Source: Botryllus schlosseri (lineage: Eukaryota). From it: a stretch of DNA of 64,000 nucleotides. The notes beneath the pieces were generated by a model. That model searched no databases, had not been told where the DNA came from, and was given only the letters and a program-made list of their open reading frames with translations. The position numbers and the translations under genes were made by a program. Every line of letters begins with the position of its first letter. Positions within the stretch are counted from its first letter, which is position 1. Location of the stretch: contig CM119377.1 of NCBI GenBank assembly GCA_051294905.1, positions 7,688,001 to 7,752,000 on the forward strand, written 5' to 3'. Positions 54,901 through 64,000 of the stretch are shown here, one piece after another.

Positions 54901-57900
54901 ACTTTCAGCTTTTTTCCACAGGACGCTTACCCGAAAGGATCCATTTATCTGGGTAGCAGGGTGGAAGGATATATCGTTAGGGATGGTTTACCCGCGGGTC
55001 AGCAAGAGACTGGTTACGGAATTACAGTTACTACTCCAGAACGGTGAGTGATATCAATGATGCGTCCACCCCTCGTCAAGGTATAAATAATGCTGTAAAT
55101 TTCTACTCAATTTCAAGTAAAAGTAGAGATTTTCAAGATGTGTCGAACTACTCGCAGAAGAATTATACCATATTTGAAAGTTCTTTTAAAAAGTAGCGGG
55201 TTATAAGTAGTCACAGGCAGTTTTTACAATCGCGAGATGCGTCTTTGCTACAGACAATAGTGACCAATGATGAGATAAATGGTTTAATATCCGAAATTGT
55301 ATTCTTGTTACCGTGTTGCAGAGCCCGATCATAATGACAATTCCGTATATTCGTAAAAGCGATTCAAATCCACCCAAATGCTACTTTCTAGTACTCTGAA
55401 AAAGAGGATTTACTTTTTTACTGACCTCCTCGAATGTAGCAAGCATATGTAGGCCTGCGAGCAGCATTAGGATTTCAGCTTCTTACTAGTTATCTGGTAT
55501 GCCGCATCTAAAACTGCATCTTATGATGAGACTGCATCGTCGTACTGATTGCAAAATCACTCATTTCCATCCGCGAAAGAACTCTAAGTAGTGTTGGCAG
55601 GCCTTTTACAATCCAAAGTTTGCAGGCATTCATTTACCCTTAGTTCAGTTGCACTTTTCATTATTTATTCTTCCTTTTTAGTAGTTAAGCAACTACCTTG
55701 CCCATCTCCTCTCACGTGATATGCCTGTATTTGAAGCGTGTGAAGATTTCTGTTTTCGTTTTCAATCACTTCTATTTTCCCAGCGATTTTTTGTTCTTAT
55801 GCGAAAACCAAGAAGACCAGAGATCATGGATAACGGAAATCAAAGGCGTGTTAAGTCGACCGTTGACGGAACAAGATACCAAAGGTATGGTGCGCGAAAC
55901 TGATCTCTCGGCACTGTATGTAATCACCGAACAATTTGTTTCAAATGTGTTCCCGTTTATGTCAATTTATTACTACCTGACATTTCGACAACAATATACA
56001 TCTATTGACATTTAAATTCAAGTTCATTTCTGTGAGATACTGTTGACTCGATTTCGCGAAGAATTTATACTTCTGAAGTATCTCAGGTCAGCCTGCGACC
56101 ATCGACCACACATCCTTTCACAGTTTAGCATTACTCATCTCTTTTTGCCCACTGTATTCCTAACACTGTTTCTGACATTTTCACCCTTGAATCAGCATCA
56201 GGCCATGATATCCACATCTGTGATGGTTGCATCGGATTATGACGCTGAAAACATTTTTTAACAACTGACCTTGAATTTACCTGGTCTGGCCTGTATGATT
56301 TTTGTCTATCAATAAACGGTGCCAATGAAGCCTTTGTGACGTTCGAAAATCATAATTTAAGTGAATTTGGAGTACTTCATGTGGAGTAGAAACAAATTTT
56401 TGTGGTGATAATACAGCTGATAGCCCGACATATTTTGAGCATGTGACGTAATGAAAAATGGCAGTTGGGCATGCAATACTTTACCAAAAGGACACGAGAG
56501 CATTGGTTAGATTTGAGCATGTGCCACTCGATCTCGTGACCTTATAACCCTGTCCCTAATATGTCTATATTCACCCGTATCAAGTGTCTTTATTAACAGG
56601 TTCAGTTTCCAGCCCGTACCCACATGCTCAAGTGTCCCACAATGCTTATGTGTTTCAGTACTCTCTATGTGTATCCATATTCACATCTCGCCATGACCAA
56701 GAGCCGTCATGCTCAAGTGTCGCTTTCTGTTGTATCACATGCCGATTTGTCCACGGATCCCCACAGCGATCACCACAAAATCCAAGGTTACCTAAAACTT
56801 TTGATACAAGGCTGTGCTGTAAGATATTCCAAGTCGTAGATCACAAAAATGACATCCTTAGGATGCTATAACATGTAAGAGATAGCTCAAACTAGAATAG
56901 TTGTACATTTCATATTATTTGAAGGTGCGCAAATACTTTCACCCCATATCTGTTTTTCAGATATACAATCACCTTGAGTAGTCTTCCTCGATTATTTCAA
57001 TGCTATTTATTACTTCTTCTCCTTTTATTTTCACAATGTTGCTAACCCAGCAATGTTTTGATGCAGTGTTTATGCATGTTTCATATGTTGAATGCCGATT
57101 GGAACTCTTTGAGTTTTTCCCGATTAGATCAGTCATTTTATTTGTATGCCTCACTGACAGTCATTGTCCTATGTGATTGCTTGAACTTTCTCTATCTATA
57201 TGTGAACTTTGTTCAGATTTATTAAGTCATAAACATTTGAATGAGAAACGGCGGAGATCGGTAGGCAGGCTCACAAGCAGTTCGTCGTTGTTTTCGTTAT
57301 CGCCGAAGGTAAGAATAATTGCCTGGCACTGTAGCAATAACCAACCACCATGGAAATGGAACATAGATCTCTATGTTGGATTTAATCGTGGCTACGGGTG
57401 GCACCGATGTTAACAAGGGTGTTTGGTTTATGAAGTTGCGTTTAACCTAGGCTTACCATATTTTGGAAATCTAAAAAGAGGACACTTTTTCAGAAATTTG
57501 AGACTTGCAAAACCAGAGAAGAATTCTCAAAAATCGGTGAATTTTTCCCACTTTGTGATCGGTTGACTAAAAACAAAAAAAAGGTCATTCTTCCGCTCAG
57601 AGCTCAAAATACCGTTTTTCTCTCCACATTGCTAGGTGGTTACCCGCCGGACCGTCACTTCTGTGCCAATTTACGGCATATCAGTCGCATTTTGCTCTAA
57701 ATTTGACCTAAATTTTCAAAAAAGAGGACAAAATCTCAAAAAAGAGGACAAAAGGGCGTCCTCCGAGGACACTTTCAAAAAAGTCAAAAAAGAGGACAAA
57801 TCCTCTTAAAAGAGGACGTATGGTAACCCTAGTTTAACCTAATGGTGCATAGTGTAACCTGACATGACTAATAGCCAATATTTTTGATTTCGGCACGCAG

Positions 57901-58893
57901 AGAAGTTGGGTGCTGGAATATTTGTGAAAAATGGCTTGATACGCAGATCTATTGTGACTTGCTAAAGATGATGTTGTTTTGTAATACCCTAGTCCGTAAT
58001 TAAGGGGGGTCGAGGTTGTTTTCGTCCTCTTTCCTACTCCCTGTTAGTCCGTGATTGCACTCCCAAGGTAACGTTTTTTTCACCTGATTTTATCCCTAAG
58101 ATTGACTTGACTTCTTTTGAGTGAGTTCGTGGATGTGTAGTTTTACGACGACGACTCTACAACGTTGTAAAGTTAAACTCCTTTACAACGTGTAATGTAC
58201 ATTATACTTTATGTCTGTTTATCACAGATGCGATCACAATCGACTAAATCAACTAAGGTATCATATATATACAGATGTTCAGTTATTACCTGTAGTTCAC
58301 GCAAGTGAACGACATTGTCAATCGAATATTTGTTGATGGCGGTAGCTTTTTACCGCCTGTCATATTAACATCATTGGGCAAACGGATTGCATGATGCAGA
58401 CTGAATTCTTCCGTTTACCCATACTAACCGTGCGTCGTGCGAATAATTTCTTGAGCTGCTTTTGTTCATTTATATAAACACTCTGCAACATGAGCCGTCC
58501 GTTGTTCTGTTTCTACGATTCTTTAAGCATTGCCCATCGTCGAGTTGACCTTCAAGAAAATCAAGCTTTTTTGTAATTTTCATGAGTTATTCGTATATTC
58601 TAGCATCAGAACTCCGAACATCAGCAATTTTGATGAAGAAGCGTCGCTGGCCGTGGCTTTGACCGGGAGGTTGCTTATATGAACTACAGTTCGATTATAT
58701 GTAGGCCTCTGTAGGTGGTATTTGTCAATATTCTAATGTCAATTCCTTCTGTACCATTGCGAGCCTATTGTGGTCGATATGTCATATCATCATTGCCTTT
58801 TGCGGTTTAATCTAGATTGCATTAATATCGTGTAACCGTTTCCTCTCTTTATAGAACGAGTCATTTCTTATTAATAAATTCGCTGCTCTATAA
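45881..58893 (+). CDS. ADAP1: ArfGAP with dual PH domains (ADAP1/centaurin-alpha-like) gene
   Basis: Exons 45881-45962, 49052-49185, 50923-51014, 52416-52611, 52670-52816, 54275-54358, 54421-54483, 54787-54858, 54922-55043, 55784-55884; putative tail exons 57217-57308, 58228-58257, 58855-58893. ArfGAP CADC-x16-CVHC-SGIHR zinc finger with catalytic Arg; PH1 GNLHKRGK..RKFVL; PH2 KTGPK..RKRWFVLDDRRLLYF. Confidence 0.93.
49052..49185 (+). CDS. ADAP1: ADAP exon 2 (ArfGAP core)
   Basis: [38 protein letters not shown]. Confidence 0.95.
49427..50062. mobile_element. hAT Charlie-like MITE in ADAP intron 2
   Basis: Termini cagggtcgccaac / gttggtgacctctg; TSD gcatagac / ccatagac. Confidence 0.8.
50923..51014 (+). 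CDS. ADAP1: ADAP exon 3
   Basis: FMCERGNDVVNAELERHLPPYY; 92 nt. Confidence 0.93.
52416..52611 (+). CDS. ADAP1: ADAP exon 4 (ArfGAP end, PH1 start)
   Basis: VFKEQFIQAKYSRKEF...HKRGKDDKTYRIRKFVL...LKYF. Confidence 0.93.
52670..52816 (+). CDS. ADAP1: ADAP exon 5 (PH1)
   Basis: AKSPKQ...GHPNGMQLSF...RHIYVY; follows a 58-nt intron. Confidence 0.93.
54275..54358 (+). CDS. ADAP1: ADAP exon 6
   Basis: DAIDWYITLRA...TDAD; 84 nt. Confidence 0.9.
54421..54483 (+). CDS. ADAP1: ADAP exon 7
   Basis: QGWMSKTGPK; 63 nt. Confidence 0.92.
54787..54858 (+). CDS. ADAP1: ADAP exon 8 (PH2)
   Basis: KTEAYRKRWFVLDDRRLLYFGHPF; 72 nt. Confidence 0.93.
54922..55043 (+). CDS. ADAP1: ADAP exon 9 (PH2)
   Basis: DAYPKGSIYLGS...GITVTTPER; gtgag donor. 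Confidence 0.92.
55784..55884 (+). CDS. ADAP1: ADAP exon 10 (PH2 end)
   Basis: DFLFLCENQEDQRSWITEIKGVLSRPL; phase 2-1. Confidence 0.9.
57217..57308 (+). CDS. ADAP1: ADAP putative exon 11 (DLLSHKHLNEKRRRSVGRLTSSSSLFSLSPK)
   Basis: ttcag acceptor, gtaag donor, phase 1-0, open frame; HKH resembles vertebrate C-terminal HFKHKP. Confidence 0.65.
57448..57831. mobile_element. hAT Blackjack-like MITE, inverted relative to 32636-33071
   Basis: TIR taggcttaccata / tatggtaacccta; perfect TSD gtttaacc. Confidence 0.9.
58228..58257 (+). CDS. ADAP1: ADAP putative 30-nt micro-exon (MRSQSTKSTK)
   Basis: atcacag acceptor, AAG/gtatc donor, phase 0-0. Confidence 0.45.
58855..58893 (+). CDS. ADAP1: ADAP putative terminal exon (NESFLINKFAAL*)
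   Basis: Strong pyrimidine tract tttcctctctttatag; TAA stop; AATAAA at 58914-58919. Confidence 0.45.
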   Translation, partial: NESFLINKFAAL

Positions 58894-59349
58894 TTTTGTA
58901 GCACAGTAGTGGCAATAAATGGACATTTTGATGATTGCTACACGCGCCAAGGAGTGAGAATTTTCGTATTATACAGACGTTAAAAACATTCGTAATTGAC
59001 CAGGGACAGAAAACTTGAAACTTATAGTCGCTACAGGAACGGTAATATACTGGCTGGGCGGTTTATTGCCGAAGCCCAGACTTAGTGACAGTGGATTGCA
59101 GTGCCTAGTCAAGAGACAAGGCGCGGGATATAGCCTAGTACATGTGACGAGGTGACACCAATGCATGGTCCCCGAAATGAGAGTGAGGCGCCTAATCGAT
59201 CTGACACGTTTCGATGCGTGGGGTCTTGGGAGGGGTATTTTGGCACAGCCTTCATCTCTGTTCCTCTACGAGGAGTCCAAAAAGTAGTTATGAAATTATA
59301 GTTTGCTGATTAAAATGACTTTCCAGTTCCCACAACGTATCAGTCAAGA

Positions 59350-60687
59350 CATCATCATCATCATTGGTTTATTAGCAATTTTATCAGTTCAATACACCAC
59401 AAAAAATGCGATACAATGAATAGACAGGAAGATGTCGAAGCGACTTGGATTTGTCAATGGAATCGGACACCCACCTTGGCCTAGGCGTAGTAAAGAGGAG
59501 GCATGCACACTGAATGAAAGTAAAGAATACAGTGTAGAAAAAGAAAGCGACATGAAATAGGGCGGCATGTCATGGGAAGCGAGATCGATAGGTCAGTCGT
59601 GGTCCGGTAATCTTGAGGATGGACTGTATTTATTTAGTAGTAATTGCTAGTATTTCGACTTGAATGTGGACATGCTCGTCGACTGTCGGATGGCCGGCGG
59701 GATACTGTTCCACACATCAGGTCCGGCATATTTGATGGAGCGATGATCTTTTCGGTCGATCATATGATATTTGGACGACGTGGACGCGCGTGTGTTGTAC
59801 TTGTGCGCTTTTGATTCAGAGGTAAAGAAGTCATTGAAATATTCGGGGCAACGACCGCAGTGAAACTGATACATAAACTTGGCGATTTCTAGTTTCCGCA
59901 TATCTTCTATGTTTAGGACGCCGAATCTCTTCAGCAGCGACTTATTGGATGGGCAGCCAGGCCCCTTTGGGGCCCTAGCTATGATTCGGAGCACTTTATG
60001 CTGTAGTTTCTGCAGTGGCTTGAGTGCAGTTTTACTGGCAGCCCCCCAACAGAGGATGCCATAATGTAACTTCGATTGTATTAAGGATTTAAAGAGTATC
60101 AGGAGAACCCATGCTGGCATGAAGCGCCCAAGGCTGTAGAACAGGCCGCACTTCGGTGATAATTTAGTTTCTAGGGACTGAATATGACTCTTCCAGGACA
60201 TGTTCGAGTCCAGTAAAACTCCGAGATATTTGGCATTATCTGTGTTGGAAACGGGCTGACCAGCGATATTAACGGTTAGGTTATTTTTTGAATTGACTGT
60301 CAGCAATTGCGATTTCGAGGCGTTTATGCAAAGGTTGTTCTGGGCCGTCCACTCATGGACTTTGGACATTTGGTCACCAGTCAGGGCATCCAGCTCTGCC
60401 GTCGAAGATGCGGAAGAGAGGAGGTGAGTATCATCAGCGAACAGTGTGGTGTTCAATGAGGAGGTTTCAAAAATGTCGTTGACATATAAGGTGAAAAGGA
60501 CCGGTCCAAGTACTGAGCCCTTGGGCACACCACAGGTCACCGGGTGAGGAGAGGACAAGGTGTCTGAGATCGCAACCATTTGTTGGCGATCAGTGAGGTA
60601 ACTTTTCATGAGTTCAAGTTGTGGGCCCCGAAGTCCGTAACGCGCCAATTTCGAGATGAGAATTTTATGATCTACGCAGTCAAACGC
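59350..60687 (-). mobile_element. 5'-truncated non-LTR retrotransposon (L2/CR1-like) with open RT frame
   Basis: Open frame from AFDCVDH (60687) to stop at 59647; motifs GVPKGSVLGPVLFTLYVND, LFADDT, KYLGVLLD; 3' UTR ends AATAAACCA(ATG)n. Confidence 0.93.
59647..60687 (-). CDS. Reverse transcriptase domain and C-terminus of LINE ORF2 (partial)
   Basis: About 347 uninterrupted codons with the RT motifs. Confidence 0.88.
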   Translation of the reverse strand, partial: AFDCVDHKILISKLARYGLRGPQLELMKSYLTDRQQMVAISDTLSSPHPVTCGVPKGSVLGPVLFTLYVNDIFETSSLNTTLFADDTHLLSSASSTAELDALTGDQMSKVHEWTAQNNLCINASKSQLLTVNSKNNLTVNIAGQPVSNTDNAKYLGVLLDSNMSWKSHIQSLETKLSPKCGLFYSLGRFMPAWVLLILFKSLIQSKLHYGILCWGAASKTALKPLQKLQHKVLRIIARAPKGPGCPSNKSLLKRFGVLNIEDMRKLEIAKFMYQFHCGRCPEYFNDFFTSESKAHKYNTRASTSSKYHMIDRKDHRSIKYAGPDVWNSIPPAIRQSTSMSTFKSKY

Positions 60688-60917
60688 CTACTGCGGCATC
60701 ACTCCACCGCTGCGAAGGAGGCTCTAAGGCGGCTTGTCATTCGATCGGGCAGGGGGCAGAAGTTTTTGGTTCTAATATGGCGTGTTCTGACATGTGATCG
60801 CTGTCCTGTAGACCTGTTGAAGGGCCAAATCGAGGAAGCGAAGAAAGGCGTCGGGGGAGATAGCGGGACAAACTGACGATAAGCGCCTACCGATTCCGCG
60901 TAAAGGTTATTCTAGAC

Positions 60918-62355
60918 CAGTGGTTCTCAACCTTTTTGGCTTCGCGGACCCCTTTTGACCGTCACGGACCCTCGTGGACCCCCTCAAGTTTTTGTTCAAT
61001 TTTAGCTCTATTATGGTGCAACCTTCATCTGTCTTGTGCAAATATGAACTGTAGGCTTGTGATAAACAGCATAGTATTGATTTTTTTTGATTATAACATC
61101 ATAGTAATTATGTAGAAATTGGTGGACTTTTATTATTTCTATGCTAATTTTGCTGCTGTATTTCTTGAAGTACGTGGTCGTGACTTGAAAATCCGCGTCT
61201 TTGTTTGGATATGAACGAGGAGCGCCGAAAACCATTTCCGCAAAGATAGATGGAGGCTAATGCAATATTAACACATACCGCTTCCGACGATACTTTTGGT
61301 GTGATCGCAACATTTATGGCACCAAAATGAAGAAACACATATTTTATTAACATATCACTTCCAGCATCTAGCGCAGGGACGGGGAACATACGGACCGCTG
61401 GCCGGATTCGGCCCGCGTCGGCATTTTGATCGGCTTGCTGAGAGTTTCTACCGTCAAAGTGAAATCTTAATCTGAAAGTAGAGACAAATTTTATGCTCCA
61501 AAGAACGGATCTAAGTTTTCCAACCAGAGAAAGACTGTCAGGAAACGACTTGTTCCGTTCTGGTTTACATATATATTTACGAACAAAAATTTTCGACCAT
61601 GAACATGAACAATTGAACATTAACAAGACAAGGCTGCATACCAATATAACTGGTGATATGAATTTTAGGGTTGCAGGGTAATGCTTTGATAGCAACGAAA
61701 CACTCCTAGTTCATCAAAAAATCAGCCTTGTCGATAGGGCATCCGCAATAAGAATGCACAAAATCTGATAGCTGAACTTTAACAGCAGGTATATCATTGT
61801 CCGATTTATGACGAGTGTCAGCCGAAAATATGCGAGTTCATTTCAACATGAATATACTATTCAATTGTATATTAAAGTTCTGTTCATCCAAGAAGCTGTT
61901 CCCTGCATTGGGACAAATTATGGAAATACTTCGGAAATTTTTATTTCAAACGACTGTTCACTAATTTAATGAGACTGGCAACTTCAAATCGAGAAGGTTT
62001 CGCAGACATTACGAAGTCACCCTGATTGCCGTTACTATCCCCATATTTTTAGTTTTTCCACAAACCCCAACAAAACGTCTCTAAACAGCAATATGTTTGT
62101 ATCAGCAGGTTATTGGAAAACTGGCAATGAAAATGAGTTTCCCCGCTACGATAGGTCATGTCAGACGATTATGATGATGATATGAGTCATGAGGTTTTAG
62201 CAGTTGTGGTGCGAAACTGGCTCATGCTTTCTCAAATAAAAAATATCATAAAAATTAGTTTATCAACCGTTTTAAAAATTTAGAGGTCTCGCGGACCCCC
62301 TGAAATTGCTTCGCGGACCCCTAGGGGTCCGCGGACCCCCGGTTGAGAACCGCTG
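60918..62355. mobile_element. hAT Charlie/Buster-like non-autonomous element
   Basis: TIR cagtggttctcaacc / ggttgagaaccgctg; perfect TSD ttctagac (NTCTAGAN type); gcggacccc subterminal repeats. Confidence 0.92.
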
Positions 62356-63065
62356 TTCTAGACTCCTCTTCCCTCGAGTCGCTGTTCTTACTGCGACAAA
62401 AAAGCCTTGATAAAGACCCGATGATAGAGCGCACTCACAATGAATGGAAAGGGCAAGAGCCACTGAATAGAGACTAACGTCGAAAAAAGGAATTAGGCCG
62501 AGGTGGGTGCCAGTTTGAAAGACCGCAACTGGTCGTTCAATACCCTCCTATATGTCCATAACCTCGCATGTCTTTTGCATCGTACATGTACATTGTGTGT
62601 GTCTTGTTGGAATGAAAATATAATCTGACGATTATTGATATTATTATTATTGAGAAAGGCGGTTAAAATATCAAAGACCGAGCACTGCTACGTCGGTAAT
62701 TATAGGCCGAGCTGGATATTGGATATACCGTACATGTTCATTTCGACATCCTTCAACCTGCTTATTGCATCACATTGTGCCTCGTGTAATTGCATCGCAC
62801 ATCTTGAGCTGATGGATTTCTACAGACCAACAATACACAGGAACTATATGAACTACGGCCAACTGACTGTGAGCTAACTGTGCGTACACCGTACATGTGC
62901 AGTTGTGCACTGTGGTGTGCACTGTGCAGTGCGCAGCCACTGAATGCCGATGTGGAGCTGAGTTGAGCACTAATTTGGATCTGAAAAATAGGATTTTGAT
63001 ATGCATTTATGATTATGTCGAAGCTGGATTTCATTAGATCGGTTAATTATTATCGTTCGTCAGTC

Positions 63066-63816
63066 CAATCGAAGTTACAATATGGCATCCTCTGTTGCTC
63101 TGTTGGGGGCTGCCAGTAAAACTGCACTCGAGCCACTGTAAAAACTACAACATAACGTACTCCGTATCGTAGCTGACCCAAAGGGGCCTGATTGTCAATC
63201 CAACAAGCCGCTGCTGATGAGATTCGATGTCCTAAACATAGAAGATATGCGGAGCCTATGAAATCGCAAAGTTTATGTATCAGTCATCGCCATTGCGGTC
63301 ATTGCCCCGAATATTTCAATGACTTCTTTACCTCAAAATAAAAAGCGCACAAGTACAACATACGCGCGTCCACGCCGTCCAAATATCATATGATCGACCG
63401 AAAAGATCATCACTTCATCAAATATGCCGGACCTGACGTGTGGAACAGTATCCCGCCAACAGTCGACGAGAATGTCCACATTCAAGTCAAAAACACAAGC
63501 AATTCATACTATATAAATTCTAGTCCGCCCTCAAGATTACCGGACCAGGACCTGACCCATCGATTTCGCCTTCCGTGACATGTCAACCTATTTTGTCGCT
63601 TGCTTTGTATACCATCTTCTTTTACTTTTCATTCAGTGCACATTGCACTGTACAATGTGCATGCCTCCTCTTTACATCGCCTAGGCCCTAGGCCAAGGTG
63701 GGTGTCTGATTCCAGAGACTACTCCAAGTCGTTTCGACATCTTCCTATCTTTCCATTGTATCACAATTTTTTGTGGTGTATTGAACTGATGAAAATTGCT
63801 AATAAAGAAATAAACC
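63066..63816 (+). mobile_element. Degraded 5'-truncated copy of the same LINE, opposite orientation
   Basis: Matches the reverse complement of about 59370-60078, with indels and frameshifts. Confidence 0.9.
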
Positions 63817-64000
63817 GAACTGAACACTAGTGAACCTTAGATTACGAAACCTCCGGTGGAGGACGCTATATACCCTTTGTCATGATAACATGAATAAGCA
63901 TATTATGCTACGAAATGCTTCACCCAGATTCTCGACTAAATCGTAGGGCCAAGGCAGTGCTGTAGCTGGACGAATTGTAGGCTGATTGAAAATACTTGGC

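Noticed and set aside
61144-61695. 183-aa ORF inside the Charlie-like element as a transposase
   Set aside because: No DDE, BED or hAT dimerisation motifs are visible.

Overview
Eukaryotic (animal) genomic DNA with GT-AG introns, some only about 60 nt; intron positions are largely shared with vertebrate orthologues, so an invertebrate chordate/deuterostome such as an ascidian is plausible (inference). Three intron-containing genes were assembled by hand. (1) A CENP-E/kinesin-7 gene on the minus strand, ATG at 22022, 19 exons traced to 447, continuing off the left edge. (2) A short UBALD1/2-like gene on the minus strand, 44188-39259. (3) An ADAP1/centaurin-alpha-like ArfGAP-dual-PH gene on the plus strand, 45881 to about 58893, head-to-head with UBALD and with a probable C-terminal extension. 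Introns and intergenic DNA are packed with non-autonomous DNA transposons, many with intact target-site duplications (TSDs): several hAT families, P-like, Kolobok-like, Tc1/pogo-like and Harbinger-like, plus tRNA-derived SINEs and an L2/CR1-like LINE whose RT frame is still open. The most notable structure is at 22726-32300. There a ~0.9-kb hAT MITE is split by an 8.7-kb CACTA/EnSpm-like element. That element has no recognisable transposase but carries exon-like cargo, an internal tandem duplication and several layers of younger insertions. Most short ORFs in the supplied track are spurious or are single exons.
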